This document shows, piece after piece, positions 18,295-28,793 of a DNA stretch of 64,000 nt (the stretch's first letter is position 1; every line of letters starts with the position of its first letter). The notes under the pieces are model-generated. The model was not told the DNA's origin. It was given only the letters and a program-made list of their open reading frames with translations, and did no database searches. Origin of the DNA: Candidatus Anderseniibacteriota bacterium (GTDB lineage Bacteria > Patescibacteriota > Andersenbacteria > UBA10190); contig JAIOOW010000002.1 in the NCBI GenBank assembly GCA_021414205.1, positions 89,520 to 153,519 of the forward strand, given 5' to 3'. Made by a program: the position numbers and the translations under genes.

Positions 18295-19471
18295 ATAAGG
18301 GAACGAGCCCAGGCAACGATTTGCCTTCCAAAAATTCAATCATGGCGCCTCCTCCTATTGAAACATGCGTATATGCGGATATCAGATTCATTGATTCAAT
18401 CATCGTAACAGTATCGCCTCCGCCAACGATACGATTTGATTGCATGCCGGCTAGGGCGTGAGCTACTGCGCGTGTACCTTCGCCATATTCCGCAACTTCA
18501 TACCTCCCGACAGGGCCGTTCCAAACGATAGTCTGAGCAGCCGCACACGCATCAACAATCTGCTGAACCGATTTCGGCCCGATGTCCCATACCGGACCCG
18601 AGACTTCATCACCAGAATCAAGCTGAATAACTCTTTTGTTTGTCCCATCCTCATTGCCAATCACAACATCTACTGGCAACACAATCTTAGCGCCATGATC
18701 ATCCAGCAGCTTCTTTGCAGTAGCAATCTCCTCCTCAGAAAACGCAGCACTGTTCCATCGTCCCTGAGCTACGAGAAATACGTTTGCAATCTTTCCACCA
18801 ACACAGAGAATATCCACCTGAGATAGCAAATACTCAAGCACTCCGATTTTTGTTGAGATTTTTGCGCCGCTCGTGATTGCCACATACGGATGCTTCGCGT
18901 TATTGCGAAGAGATGAAAGCGTAGCAACCTCGAGGACAGTTCTTCTCCCCGCTACGCTCGGAAGTTTTTTCGGAAGCACCGACACCGACGTTTGATCGCG
19001 ATGAGAAACACTAAATGCTTCGTTGATATATGCATCCGCAGAAGATGCCAGCTCCTGAGCAAATCGATCATTCGGTGCCATCTCTCGATCATCCATCCGA
19101 ACATTCGGAAATAAAGCAACCTCCCCAGGTTCCATCCCCTGAATAATTGCATCCACTTGCGAACCGTATAATTTAGGAAGCAGGCGAACATCCTCTTGTA
19201 TAAGCGTCTGCAGTCTTCTATGAATCGGCGCGATGTCGACAATGCCGTCATCTTCTCCTGGTCTCCCAAGATGCGTTAATAGCAATACCTTGCATCGGCG
19301 CTGGCGCAGCTCGTGAATCGTTTCAAGCGCAGCTTCAATACGATAATCTTCCGTTGCATCAACAATGCCGTCTGCTCCAGCGCTCACATTAAAATCGACA
19401 CGCACAATAACACGCTTGCCATCAAGCTGCATGTCATCCATCCCTCTCAATGCAGGAGCGACGGTATTCAT
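18281..19471 (-). CDS. pgk: Phosphoglycerate kinase
   Basis: GKRVIVRVDFNVS..., GGGDTV..., 396 aa. Confidence 0.9.
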   Translation of the reverse strand: MNTVAPALRGMDDMQLDGKRVIVRVDFNVSAGADGIVDATEDYRIEAALETIHELRQRRCKVLLLTHLGRPGEDDGIVDIAPIHRRLQTLIQEDVRLLPKLYGSQVDAIIQGMEPGEVALFPNVRMDDREMAPNDRFAQELASSADAYINEAFSVSHRDQTSVSVLPKKLPSVAGRRTVLEVATLSSLRNNAKHPYVAITSGAKISTKIGVLEYLLSQVDILCVGGKIANVFLVAQGRWNSAAFSEEEIATAKKLLDDHGAKIVLPVDVVIGNEDGTNKRVIQLDSGDEVSGPVWDIGPKSVQQIVDACAAAQTIVWNGPVGRYEVAEYGEGTRAVAHALAGMQSNRIVGGGDTVTMIESMNLISAYTHVSIGGGAMIEFLEGKSLPGLVPLYGKN

Positions 19472-19474
19472 ATA

Positions 19475-20482
19475 CTATTTTGCCCCCAACGCAAGCACTT
19501 GCTCCACAAGTCGATTGGAATATCCCCACTCGTTGTCATACCACGCCATCACCTTCACTAAGTTTCCTCCAATCACGCGAGTAAGTTGTAAATCAACAAT
19601 TGCGGAATGCGTATCACCGATAAAATCACTTGAAACTACATCGTCCTTAGTAACAGCCAAGACACCCTGATATATGGAGTTTTGAGATGCTTCTTCGAAT
19701 GCACCATTTATTTCATCAACAGTAACGTCCTTCTTCAATACGCACGTAACGTCGATAATGGATACTACGGGAACTGGAATTCGAAGCGAGATGCCGTCAA
19801 ATTTATCCGTAAGCACGGGAATCGCCTTCGTTGCAGCAATAGCCGCTCCCGTGGAAGCAGGTACGATATTTTGAGCAGCTGCCCGCCCTCTTCGAAAATC
19901 TCCTTTTCCGCCTGGACCATCTACAATACTTTGCGTTGCAGTATATGCGTGAGCAGTAGTTAAAAGCGCTTTTTCAACTCCGAATACATTTTCAAGTACC
20001 GCCATCACTGGAGCAGCACAATTCGTTGTGCAAGACGCATTCGAAACAACGTCATTGCCCGCCAGCTTATCATCATTCACGCCCATCACAACCGTAGGCA
20101 CATCTTCACTTTTCGTAGGAGCGGAAATGACTACGTGCTTTGCACCCGCAGCAATATGCTTGCGCGCCCCTTCTGATTCGGTAAAGAACCCGGTTGATTC
20201 AATAACAACGTCGATATTCATATCGCCCCACGGCAATGTTTCCGGATCCTTGCTTTGCAACACCTGGATTCGCTTTCCTCCGACTACTAAGAAATCACCA
20301 TCCACAGAAACATCTGCGCCATATCGGCCATACACCGTGTCGTATCGCAATAAATATGCGAGGTTTTTGATATCGCCCAAATCATTTATCGCAACGATTT
20401 CAGCATCTTCATGAGCGAGCGCAATTTTACATGCCGCTCGTCCAATTCTTCCAAATCCGTTAATCGCAATTCGTGTAGACAT
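19475..20482 (-). CDS. gap: Glyceraldehyde-3-phosphate dehydrogenase, type I
   Basis: MSTRIAINGFGRIGR; SNASCTTNCAAP active-site Cys. Confidence 0.9.
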   Translation of the reverse strand: MSTRIAINGFGRIGRAACKIALAHEDAEIVAINDLGDIKNLAYLLRYDTVYGRYGADVSVDGDFLVVGGKRIQVLQSKDPETLPWGDMNIDVVIESTGFFTESEGARKHIAAGAKHVVISAPTKSEDVPTVVMGVNDDKLAGNDVVSNASCTTNCAAPVMAVLENVFGVEKALLTTAHAYTATQSIVDGPGGKGDFRRGRAAAQNIVPASTGAAIAATKAIPVLTDKFDGISLRIPVPVVSIIDVTCVLKKDVTVDEINGAFEEASQNSIYQGVLAVTKDDVVSSDFIGDTHSAIVDLQLTRVIGGNLVKVMAWYDNEWGYSNRLVEQVLALGAK

Positions 20483-20506
20483 AATAAGTAATAATTAGTA
20501 ATTAAA

Positions 20507-21490
20507 TTAAAGCGTAGCAAATACTCGAGGCGTAATATCGGCATGCTCTTTGATCATGTGCTCGATTGCCGGCCGCTCAAGCAGCCCCTCTCTTGCGCCG
20601 ATATATTGCACGACGGATGTGGAATTTGCATTCCCCCAGCGCATCGCCTCAACTAACGTTTGTTTGTGAATAAGGGCTGCGAGCATTCCGGACCCAAAAG
20701 CATCTCCGGCTCCTGTTCGCTCTACAACATCTCCGGGATAAATATCGAGGTGATATATTTGCCTGCTATCAGACGCATAGGCGCCATCAGGACCGTCAGT
20801 AATTACAACCGTTGCAATACCTATATCATGAAACCCCTGTGCAAGAGTCTTAATATCGCGCGTTTCATTCTCTAATACTTGCGCGGCCTCTTCTCGATTC
20901 ACAAAAAGAAGATTTGTCTTTTTCAATACCGGCATCAACTCGTCTTTCCCTAAATGAATTTGATGCGTCCCCGGATTAAACGCCAGTTTTGTTTCCGGAT
21001 GCTTATCTAAAAATTCCAACGTTTGCGCGTGCAAATCTTTTACCCCACTACCAGAGGCAGATGTTAAGTATATCCATTTCGTAGGCGAAATATCTGGCAG
21101 CTGATACGTTCTCGGTTCATGATATACAAGAATCGTTCGTTCAGTACGAAAGTTAATGACAATAGATAGGTTCGTTCCTCTCTTTTCATCGAATGAAAGA
21201 TACGAAGAATCTACATGGTTTTGCTCAAATACCTCTTTTGCCTTTTTACCCTGATCGTCATTTCCGACAACGGTATACACCCCAGCCTGCAATCCAAGCC
21301 GAGCAATACCGATTGCATGGTTCGCAGCATTCCCTACAGCAGGAACGACCGTTTTGCTTTCTACTGCAATTTTATCCGCATAGTCCAGACACAGCTTGCA
21401 ACTGCCCCCATCAATATCGCACTGCAAACTTGCATCATGAAGACCAAGAAAAATATCTTCGGTAGTATCTCCGACGGCAACGACATCCAT
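20507..21490 (-). CDS. PfkB-family carbohydrate kinase (possibly the phosphofructokinase of this glycolytic block)
   Basis: TGAGDAFGSGMLAAL PfkB signature; sits between gap and fba. Confidence 0.65.
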   Translation of the reverse strand: MDVVAVGDTTEDIFLGLHDASLQCDIDGGSCKLCLDYADKIAVESKTVVPAVGNAANHAIGIARLGLQAGVYTVVGNDDQGKKAKEVFEQNHVDSSYLSFDEKRGTNLSIVINFRTERTILVYHEPRTYQLPDISPTKWIYLTSASGSGVKDLHAQTLEFLDKHPETKLAFNPGTHQIHLGKDELMPVLKKTNLLFVNREEAAQVLENETRDIKTLAQGFHDIGIATVVITDGPDGAYASDSRQIYHLDIYPGDVVERTGAGDAFGSGMLAALIHKQTLVEAMRWGNANSTSVVQYIGAREGLLERPAIEHMIKEHADITPRVFATL

Positions 21491-21495
21491 ATCGC

Positions 21496-22368
21496 TTAGT
21501 ATATACCAGCAGTACCAGACGAGCCAAACAAAGCTATCTTTTCCTCAACAACCACCTGAACAGCATCGCGCGCAGGGCCAGTAATTTTCCGCGGATCGTA
21601 TGAATCATGCGTCTCATCAAAATATGCCTTCACTGCACGTTCAAACCCTATGCGAAGCTCCGTATCAACGTTCACTTTGCAAACATGCGTCTTGCACGCT
21701 TTTGCTAAATGGTCAGACGAAATCCCGGAAGCCCCGTGCAACACAAGTGGCATATTTGGAATTGCTTCCTGAATCTGCTGAAGCAATTCAAATCGTATAT
21801 ATTCTTGCCCGGAAAATGCTCCGTGAATTGTACCCACAGAAACGGCAAGCGCATCTACTCCTGTAGATTCCACAAACTGCTTAGCCTGGTTTGGTTGAGT
21901 GAAAAAAGAATCTGGAGTTTGCCCACCATGCAAATCTTTTACACCCTCCTTACCCACAATCGCTCCAAGCTCAGCTTCAACCCACACTCCTCGAGCATGC
22001 GCATAGGCGACCACTTCTTTTGTTTTCCTGATATTTTCTTCAAATTCCAATACCGACAAATCGATCATTACAGACGTGTATCCAGCTTCTATGCATTTTT
22101 TTGCCATATCTAGGCTTTTCCCATGATCCAAATGCAAAATAACTGGCACAGGAGATAATTCCGCAATTTTTTTATTAATGGCAGTAATTACTTCCAAGCC
22201 AGCATATTCTATAGCCCCTTCCGATGTTTGGATAATAACAGGGGCATTTAGCTTTTCCGCAGCCCGGGCAATACCTTGGCTCAATTCCATATTAGATGTA
22301 TTGAATGCCCCGATCGCATAATCGGATGCAAGAGCATCGGCAAATATCTGATGAGGCTTAACGAGCAT
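21496..22368 (-). CDS. fba: Class II fructose-bisphosphate aldolase
   Basis: YAIGAFNTSNMEL, HLDHG, GASGISSDHL; start at ATG 22368 (MLVKPHQIF). Confidence 0.8.
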   Translation of the reverse strand: MLVKPHQIFADALASDYAIGAFNTSNMELSQGIARAAEKLNAPVIIQTSEGAIEYAGLEVITAINKKIAELSPVPVILHLDHGKSLDMAKKCIEAGYTSVMIDLSVLEFEENIRKTKEVVAYAHARGVWVEAELGAIVGKEGVKDLHGGQTPDSFFTQPNQAKQFVESTGVDALAVSVGTIHGAFSGQEYIRFELLQQIQEAIPNMPLVLHGASGISSDHLAKACKTHVCKVNVDTELRIGFERAVKAYFDETHDSYDPRKITGPARDAVQVVVEEKIALFGSSGTAGIY

Positions 22369-23131
22369 AGTGCTTAGAAACGTTAGAAATAATCTCAAAA
22401 AAATCTCGCGGATGAATAGACGCCCCACCAACCAGAACACCATCGGCCCCTGCACCCGCTATGTACTGGCCTACGTTATCGCTTTTTACGCTTCCTCCGT
22501 ATAAAAGGCGCACTCGATCAGCAAGGTCGCCGTCGAACTTTTGAGAAATGCGCTTCCGTATTAATAGCATCACTTCATACACTTCGTTCGAATCAGGCAT
22601 TTCTCCGGTGCCTATAGCCCAGATAGGCTCATATGCAATAACAGTCTTCAATAAGGACACCCTGTCTAGCGCGCTAATCAAACTGTCAATCTGCTGAAGC
22701 AATACCCGTGTTGTCTGCTCATCAAAACGCTGTTCCTGCGTCTCGCCGATACAAACGATTGGAGTAATTCCATGCGTAAGAAGCAATCTTGTTTTCATTG
22801 CAACCATTTCATCCGAATCATGCTCCCGCTGGCGGACTTCTGAGTGGCCCACAATGCACCAAGAAACGAAATCCTTAATCTGTGAAACGGAGACACTCCC
22901 CGTATATGCTCCTCGGTCTTCTTCGTGAATATTCTGCGCACCTATCGTAAGAGAGGTATGTTTTGCAAGATCGGCAATTGCATGCAATGCCGGAAAAGAT
23001 GGGCACACAGCCACATCAACCTCAAATTCTTTTTCTTTCATCATTTTTTCAAGCGCAGAAAACACTTCAAGGGCACTCTTATGCGACAATTCCATTTTCC
23101 AATTGCCAACCACGACCGGTCGTTTATCCAT
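22358..23131 (-). CDS. tpiA: Triosephosphate isomerase
   Basis: VVGNWKM, AYEPIWAIGTG, GGSV. Confidence 0.9.
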   Translation of the reverse strand: MDKRPVVVGNWKMELSHKSALEVFSALEKMMKEKEFEVDVAVCPSFPALHAIADLAKHTSLTIGAQNIHEEDRGAYTGSVSVSQIKDFVSWCIVGHSEVRQREHDSDEMVAMKTRLLLTHGITPIVCIGETQEQRFDEQTTRVLLQQIDSLISALDRVSLLKTVIAYEPIWAIGTGEMPDSNEVYEVMLLIRKRISQKFDGDLADRVRLLYGGSVKSDNVGQYIAGAGADGVLVGGASIHPRDFFEIISNVSKHYAR

Positions 23132-23158
23132 ATATACAGTGTATGCTATACTCTTTAC

Positions 23159-23905
23159 ATGAACAATGTCGTTCCATATATATCAGTTGTCATTCCTGCC
23201 TACAACGAAGAAAAGCGACTCCCTCACACGCTTCGAGCAACGATCGCATACCTTAAAAAACAGCCGTATTCCTGGGAAATTGCCGTAGTAAATGACGGAT
23301 CGAGCGATAATACAGCTCAAGTAGTACGAACATCTGCCGCCGAAGACTCTCGCGTAATGCTCTTAGAGTATGGGCAGAACCACGGCAAAGGATACGCAGT
23401 GCGATTCGGAATGACGCACGTACATGGAGAGATTCGCGTGTTTATGGATGCAGACAATTCAACATCCATAGATCACTTAGAAAAATTCCTTCCTATCCTC
23501 AAGTCTGGCTACGACGTCGTTATAGGTTCTCGAGATATCGCAGGAGCAACCATAAACGTCCATCAATCAAAAGTAAAAGAGATTCTTGGGGATTTAGGTA
23601 ATTTATGGATCCAGTTTTGGGCAATAGGCGGCATAAAAGACACTCAAGCAGGATTTAAAGTATTCACCAAACAAGCATCAGATGACGTGTTCCCATACCT
23701 CACGATAGATCGTTGGGGATTTGACGTTGAAGCTCTAGCCGTTGCCCGTATGCGCGGATACAAGATATCGGAACAGCCTATTATATGGGTGAATGATCCG
23801 AATAGCAAAGTGTCGCCTTCTGCTTACATGCAAGTACTCAAGGAAGTGGTACAAGTCCGCATGAACATGCTGTCGGGAAAGTACAATCGCCATGAAACAG
23901 TTTAG
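23159..23905 (+). CDS. GT2 glycosyltransferase, polyprenyl-phosphate mannose/glucose synthase-like
   Basis: ISVVIPAYNEEKRL, VNDGSSDNT, DADNSTS (DxD); start ATG 23159. Confidence 0.75.
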   Translation: MNNVVPYISVVIPAYNEEKRLPHTLRATIAYLKKQPYSWEIAVVNDGSSDNTAQVVRTSAAEDSRVMLLEYGQNHGKGYAVRFGMTHVHGEIRVFMDADNSTSIDHLEKFLPILKSGYDVVIGSRDIAGATINVHQSKVKEILGDLGNLWIQFWAIGGIKDTQAGFKVFTKQASDDVFPYLTIDRWGFDVEALAVARMRGYKISEQPIIWVNDPNSKVSPSAYMQVLKEVVQVRMNMLSGKYNRHETV

Positions 23906-24947
23906 TCATCCGCTCGGACAACTTCGCCAAGACCCCATCACCGACAAATGGGTAGCCATGGCAACAGAACGATCAAAACGGCCGGACGCCGAGACGATTT
24001 TAAAACCAACAAATATAGCTCCCCTACCTCGATATAAAGACGATTGCCCATTTTGCAACTTAGCGCACTATCCACAAGAACCGGATGTGCTGCGGCTTCC
24101 AGACGATCCGCACCACTGGCAAGTACACATGTTCGCAAACAAATATCCAGCATTCAAACCCAGCAAGGAATTCCACGCCTGGAATGAAGGCCCTTATCGA
24201 GCGCTCGACTCTGTCGGATACCACGATATTCTTGCGACAAAGTACCATAATCAAGATGAAGCCCTTGCTGACAGAAAATTGATAGCGCTTGAGCTCGAAG
24301 CAATCATCCTCAGATATCGCCAGCTCCAAGGCGAGCTTGGAGTTAACTACATTCAAGTCATCAAAAATCACGGGAAAGAAGCGGGGGCATCCGTCGAGCA
24401 TCCTCATCACCAATTGTTTTCTATCCCAGTATTACCTGCGGATATCGCAGAGCTGCTTCACGGAACCGAACGCTTCGCAAAAAAGCACAACGAGAAAGCA
24501 TTCACCGTTATTCTTGAATACGAGAAAAGAGAGAAAAAGAGAATCGTATTTGAAAACGAATATTTCACAGCGTTTTGCCCGTTTGCTTCCCGAGTGCCGT
24601 ACGAAACGTGGATCATGCCCAATACCTCAAATCCGTTTTTCGAAAGCATCGGCCCAGAAGAGCGTGAGGCGCTTGCCGAAGCGCTTCAGCAAGTATTGGG
24701 CAAGCTATATACGGGCCTTAATAACCCATCATATAATTACTACATCCATTCCGCACCCTGCGACGAATCTGGATTCGTATGCGACAAAAGCGTATTTGGG
24801 CATTTTCGATGGCACGTTTCAATTCTTCCCAGAATTACCACCTGGGCCGGGTTTGAACTAGGGACGGGAATTGAAATCAATACCGTGCTCCCAGAAGACG
24901 CAGCTGCGTTCTTGCGGGAACAACATTTACCTTCTCAACATTCATAA
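23892..24947 (+). CDS. galT: Galactose-1-phosphate uridylyltransferase family (GalT/HIT-like nucleotidyltransferase)
   Basis: CPFC zinc motif and EHPHHQ (HPHxQ) active-site motif; two half-domains. Confidence 0.7.
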   Translation: MKQFSHPLGQLRQDPITDKWVAMATERSKRPDAETILKPTNIAPLPRYKDDCPFCNLAHYPQEPDVLRLPDDPHHWQVHMFANKYPAFKPSKEFHAWNEGPYRALDSVGYHDILATKYHNQDEALADRKLIALELEAIILRYRQLQGELGVNYIQVIKNHGKEAGASVEHPHHQLFSIPVLPADIAELLHGTERFAKKHNEKAFTVILEYEKREKKRIVFENEYFTAFCPFASRVPYETWIMPNTSNPFFESIGPEEREALAEALQQVLGKLYTGLNNPSYNYYIHSAPCDESGFVCDKSVFGHFRWHVSILPRITTWAGFELGTGIEINTVLPEDAAAFLREQHLPSQHS

Positions 24948-24956
24948 TATATTCCT

Positions 24957-25469
24957 ATGTCAATTGCGCTCACTATTGCAGAAAAATTATCTTCGCTTCC
25001 TCCAGAACTAGCAACAATCCTTCTAGGAATGATGCCCGTGGGCGAACTGCGCGGAGGAATCCCTATCGGAATCGCCATATTCAAGTTACCGGCATACGAA
25101 GCACTCATATTGGCAATCATTGGGACAATGATTCCAATTTATTTCATCTTATGGTTATTAGAAGACGTTTCGAGTTGGCTTCGCAAGCATTTTGAAATAT
25201 TTGAAACATTTTTTACTTGGTTATTCGAACATACACGAGCAAAAATGCATGGCCATGTAACAAAGTATGGACTGTTTGCAATTGGGCTTATTGCTGCCAT
25301 TCCAATTCCAATCTTGGGCGGTGCTTGGACGGCAGCCTTAGCAGCATTCGTATTCGGATTCGACAGAAAAAAATCCTTCTGGGTTATTTTTGCAGGAACG
25401 ATTATAGCCGGATTAATTGTATTGGCGCTCACTGAAGGCGGACTGCTTGCAGTGAAAACGATTGGATAA
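24957..25469 (+). CDS. Small multidrug-export-like membrane protein (COG2426-like)
   Basis: 170 aa, 4-5 TM, GELRGGIPIGIA motif. Confidence 0.45.
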   Translation: MSIALTIAEKLSSLPPELATILLGMMPVGELRGGIPIGIAIFKLPAYEALILAIIGTMIPIYFILWLLEDVSSWLRKHFEIFETFFTWLFEHTRAKMHGHVTKYGLFAIGLIAAIPIPILGGAWTAALAAFVFGFDRKKSFWVIFAGTIIAGLIVLALTEGGLLAVKTIG

Positions 25470-25473
25470 ATTA

Positions 25474-26172
25474 TTACGCCCCTTTGCGTCGCACTCTGGT
25501 AGCGTATTCTTCCAGCGCTTCATCGAAATCTGCCGTACTAAATTCCGGCCACAATTTTTGCGTAAACCATAACTGCGAATCCGTAACATCCCACATCATA
25601 AATCCTGCGGATAAATGCGGCTCGCCACCGGTGCGAATAATCAAATCAACAGGAGGCATGTCTTTAGTGAATAGATATTGCTTTACCGTTTCTTCGGTTA
25701 TATCCCTATCTCCATTTTTTACAATATCCTTGATCGCTTGAATCATTTCATCGACCCCATTATATGCCAAAAAGAAATTCAGAAAATGCTTGGAATACCC
25801 TTTGCTCGCTTCAATTGCTTTATCAATATTTGCTTTTACCGGAAATGGAAACTTTTCGCGCCAGCGGCCCAACACGGAAATTTTTACGTTCCTACTATGA
25901 ATATCATCACTAGTAATTAAATCTTTAAATTCGTTCCTAAATAAATTCAGTAATCCCGTTACTTCAGAAATATCGCGCTTGGTAAAATTATCCAACGACA
26001 TTCCCCAAATAGAAATATGCTCAACTCCCCTATCTGCAGCATGCGGCATTATTTTCTTTAACACTTCCGACCCTGCCGTATGCCCATCGATCGCGTTCTT
26101 GTCGTGCGCCTTCGCCCACCGACGGTTTCCGTCGGGAATAATTGCAACGTGCCTTGGAATAGATTCGTTCAT
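25474..26172 (-). CDS. uppS: Undecaprenyl-diphosphate synthase (cis-isoprenyl transferase)
   Basis: HVAIIPDGNRRWAK; FLAYNG. Confidence 0.85.
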   Translation of the reverse strand: MNESIPRHVAIIPDGNRRWAKAHDKNAIDGHTAGSEVLKKIMPHAADRGVEHISIWGMSLDNFTKRDISEVTGLLNLFRNEFKDLITSDDIHSRNVKISVLGRWREKFPFPVKANIDKAIEASKGYSKHFLNFFLAYNGVDEMIQAIKDIVKNGDRDITEETVKQYLFTKDMPPVDLIIRTGGEPHLSAGFMMWDVTDSQLWFTQKLWPEFSTADFDEALEEYATRVRRKGA

Positions 26173-26963
26173 AGAGTAAATGATGCGTACGTATAATCGA
26201 CTATATCATGAAGTTGCTTGGTATTCTTCCCCAGAAACGACAACTCTTTATATGACTCTGCCTTATATTGCTCAGCAAGCCTCATTGTTTCTTCACGACC
26301 AATAACCTTCATAGTCACCGGATCATTATCGCACAAATCGTCCAATAATTGGAATGCCTTGCCCAGCGCTTCGCCAAATAATCTGGCGTGATCAATGGAG
26401 CTATCTGAAGCATTGGCACACCGCGCGCCCATCACGCAAGAAATAGCAATAAGATTTGTAGTTTTTCGTCGTTGCATCTCAAGCAATTCCTCTTTTGTCG
26501 GAGCAGCATCCTTCATAGTCATATCATCCTGCTGACCACCCATTGTTCCTAAGCTCCCAGCTGCTTGTGCAAGATCAACAACTAACTGGGCATTTCCGGA
26601 TTTCCCCAGTATTTCAAATGAGAGCGTGAGCAATGCATCTCCAGCCAAGATTGCTGTAGCTTCGTTAAATTGCACATGACAGGTTGGTTTGCCATTGCGG
26701 AGCGCATCGTTGTCCATAGCAGGCAAATCATCATGAATAAGCGTGTACTTGTGAAGCAGCTCAATTGCACAAGCAGGAAGAAGCGCATCCTCTTGCCTAC
26801 CCCCTAGCGCTTCGCACATAGCGACACATAAGACTGGTCGAATTCTCTTTCCTCCGCTAAACACACTGTAACGCATTGCGGCGTGTAACAATTGAGGAGA
26901 AGTATACTCACTCGGAAGAAGTTCACCTAGCTTTGCATCCACTGACTGCAGAATTGATTCCAT
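26169..26963 (-). CDS. ispA: Short-chain trans-polyprenyl diphosphate synthase (FPP/GGPP synthase)
   Basis: LIHDDLPAMDND (FARM) and LLDDLCD (SARM). Confidence 0.8.
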   Translation of the reverse strand: MESILQSVDAKLGELLPSEYTSPQLLHAAMRYSVFSGGKRIRPVLCVAMCEALGGRQEDALLPACAIELLHKYTLIHDDLPAMDNDALRNGKPTCHVQFNEATAILAGDALLTLSFEILGKSGNAQLVVDLAQAAGSLGTMGGQQDDMTMKDAAPTKEELLEMQRRKTTNLIAISCVMGARCANASDSSIDHARLFGEALGKAFQLLDDLCDNDPVTMKVIGREETMRLAEQYKAESYKELSFLGKNTKQLHDIVDYTYASFTL

Positions 26964-26982
26964 ACGTCACTTTTTACCTTGA

Positions 26983-27390
26983 TTATGAAGCTTGCGCAAG
27001 GTATTCTGCGAGCAAAATACGCGCAGCCTCTGCATGCTCTTGAGAGATATCAGCCTCTTCAATGGCGAGTAATCGCTTTGCCTCCTGACTGGTAAGCGTT
27101 TCATCAATCTCTATATATTCTAAAATATCAGGTAAAACAGCTTTTAATTGTGCGATAAATTCTCGAGTCTTTATGGTTTGCCGTGTCTCACTCCCATCTT
27201 CAACATGAAATGGCACCCCCGCAACAATGTGAGTGATTTGCTCTTGCTTACAAATTTGTTTTATTTTTTCAAAAACATCTTCTCGCTTTCTGTCGATAGT
27301 TGCAAACCGATACGGGATTTTTCCAGAATGATCGACCGTCGCAACGCCAATATAACGCCCGCCAATATCCAATGCGATAATATTAGCCAT
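26983..27390 (-). CDS. ruvX: Holliday-junction resolvase-like RuvX/YqgF
   Basis: MANIIALDIGGRYIGVA...; 135 aa. Confidence 0.8.
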   Translation of the reverse strand: MANIIALDIGGRYIGVATVDHSGKIPYRFATIDRKREDVFEKIKQICKQEQITHIVAGVPFHVEDGSETRQTIKTREFIAQLKAVLPDILEYIEIDETLTSQEAKRLLAIEEADISQEHAEAARILLAEYLAQAS

Positions 27391-28141
27391 TAGACACGGT
27401 TAATATTCTTGGCCCTTTCTTCGTGATTGCAATCGTGTGCTCCTCATGCGCAGATGGTTTTCCGGATAACGCAACAATACTCCATCCATCGTCTGCTGTA
27501 ATCACATCAGGACTAATAAATGTAACCATAGGCTCAATAGCAATTACTAACCCTTCTTCCAATCTTGTTCCTGTGCCCGCTTTACCAAAATTGGGAACCT
27601 GAGGCTCTTCATGCAAATCGTATCCAACACCGTGTCCTACAAGAGCTCTCACAACTTCCAGCCCTTCCGATTCTACATACTGCTGAATAGCGTGTCCTAT
27701 ATCGCCTGTAGTATTACCGACTACTGCCTGCCTAATTCCTATCTTCAAAGCTTTTTTCGTCACCTCCATAAGATGCATATTTTCTTCAGATGCTATGCCA
27801 ATACCGACTGTTCGTGCACTATCTACAACAACGCCATCAAGCCACAAACCTGCATCTATACCAACTATATCGCCATCGGCAAATGGAATATCACGCGGGA
27901 GGCCATGCACTACCTCTGCATTGACAGACACGCAAATTGCTCCCGGAAACGGAGGCTCCCCATATCCCAAAAAGGCTGGCTTTGCACCCGCCTTTTTAAT
28001 TTCTTGCATAGCATACGCATCGAGATCTTTTCCCGTAACGCCAATGTTCGCCATTGCAACAAGCCCATCCAAAATAGAACCTAATAATGCTCCAGCTCGT
28101 GCAATTTTTTCAATGTCCTCAGGACTTTTTTTCGAAATCAT
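27383..28141 (-). CDS. map: Methionine aminopeptidase type I
   Basis: Pita-bread fold motifs; GHGVG, DDGWS. Confidence 0.85.
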   Translation of the reverse strand: MISKKSPEDIEKIARAGALLGSILDGLVAMANIGVTGKDLDAYAMQEIKKAGAKPAFLGYGEPPFPGAICVSVNAEVVHGLPRDIPFADGDIVGIDAGLWLDGVVVDSARTVGIGIASEENMHLMEVTKKALKIGIRQAVVGNTTGDIGHAIQQYVESEGLEVVRALVGHGVGYDLHEEPQVPNFGKAGTGTRLEEGLVIAIEPMVTFISPDVITADDGWSIVALSGKPSAHEEHTIAITKKGPRILTVSNG

Positions 28142-28793
28142 AGCGAGAGATAATACCCATAACTTCTCGATTTACTTCCTCGATACTTTGCGTTCCATCA
28201 ATCGTATACAAAATCCGTTCTTCTCGATATTTTTCAACAACAGGATACGTGTGCTCCATAAATTGGTTATATCGCATCATAAATTTATCTGGAGCATCAT
28301 CAGGACGTTGCCCTACAACACCGCCCATATCTTGGCACCTTTTTTTATCCTCTTCATCTAATACGGGAAATCCGCCCTCAACATCCATGCAATACAATCT
28401 CTTTGCGTTTCGCTCCATCATGATTTCTTTTTTTACTTCTAGATAAATAGCAAGCGGCCTACCATAATTGTGCTCAAGGAAAAATTCATCGATAATTTCA
28501 GATTCCCGAACAGTGCGAGGAGTACCGTCGAAAATTAAACCAGCATCTTCTGTTACTAAATCCTTAATCGCAGCCATAACAACTTCAGCAGCAAGCTCTG
28601 GAGGACACAAAATTCCATTATCGATAATATTTTTTACCTTATGCCCAAGCTCAGTATCTTGGCGAGAAATACTTCGAAAAGCATCTCCAGTAGAAAATTG
28701 CTTATACCCGATTTCAGCACAAAGTTTTTCTGCCTGAGTACCCTTTCCAGCACCCGGCATTCCCATAATATAAATTACTTTTGGTAGCTTCAT
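28119..28793 (-). CDS. adk: Adenylate kinase
   Basis: GMPGAGKGTQAEKL P-loop. Confidence 0.9.
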   Translation of the reverse strand: MKLPKVIYIMGMPGAGKGTQAEKLCAEIGYKQFSTGDAFRSISRQDTELGHKVKNIIDNGILCPPELAAEVVMAAIKDLVTEDAGLIFDGTPRTVRESEIIDEFFLEHNYGRPLAIYLEVKKEIMMERNAKRLYCMDVEGGFPVLDEEDKKRCQDMGGVVGQRPDDAPDKFMMRYNQFMEHTYPVVEKYREERILYTIDGTQSIEEVNREVMGIISRYDFEKKS

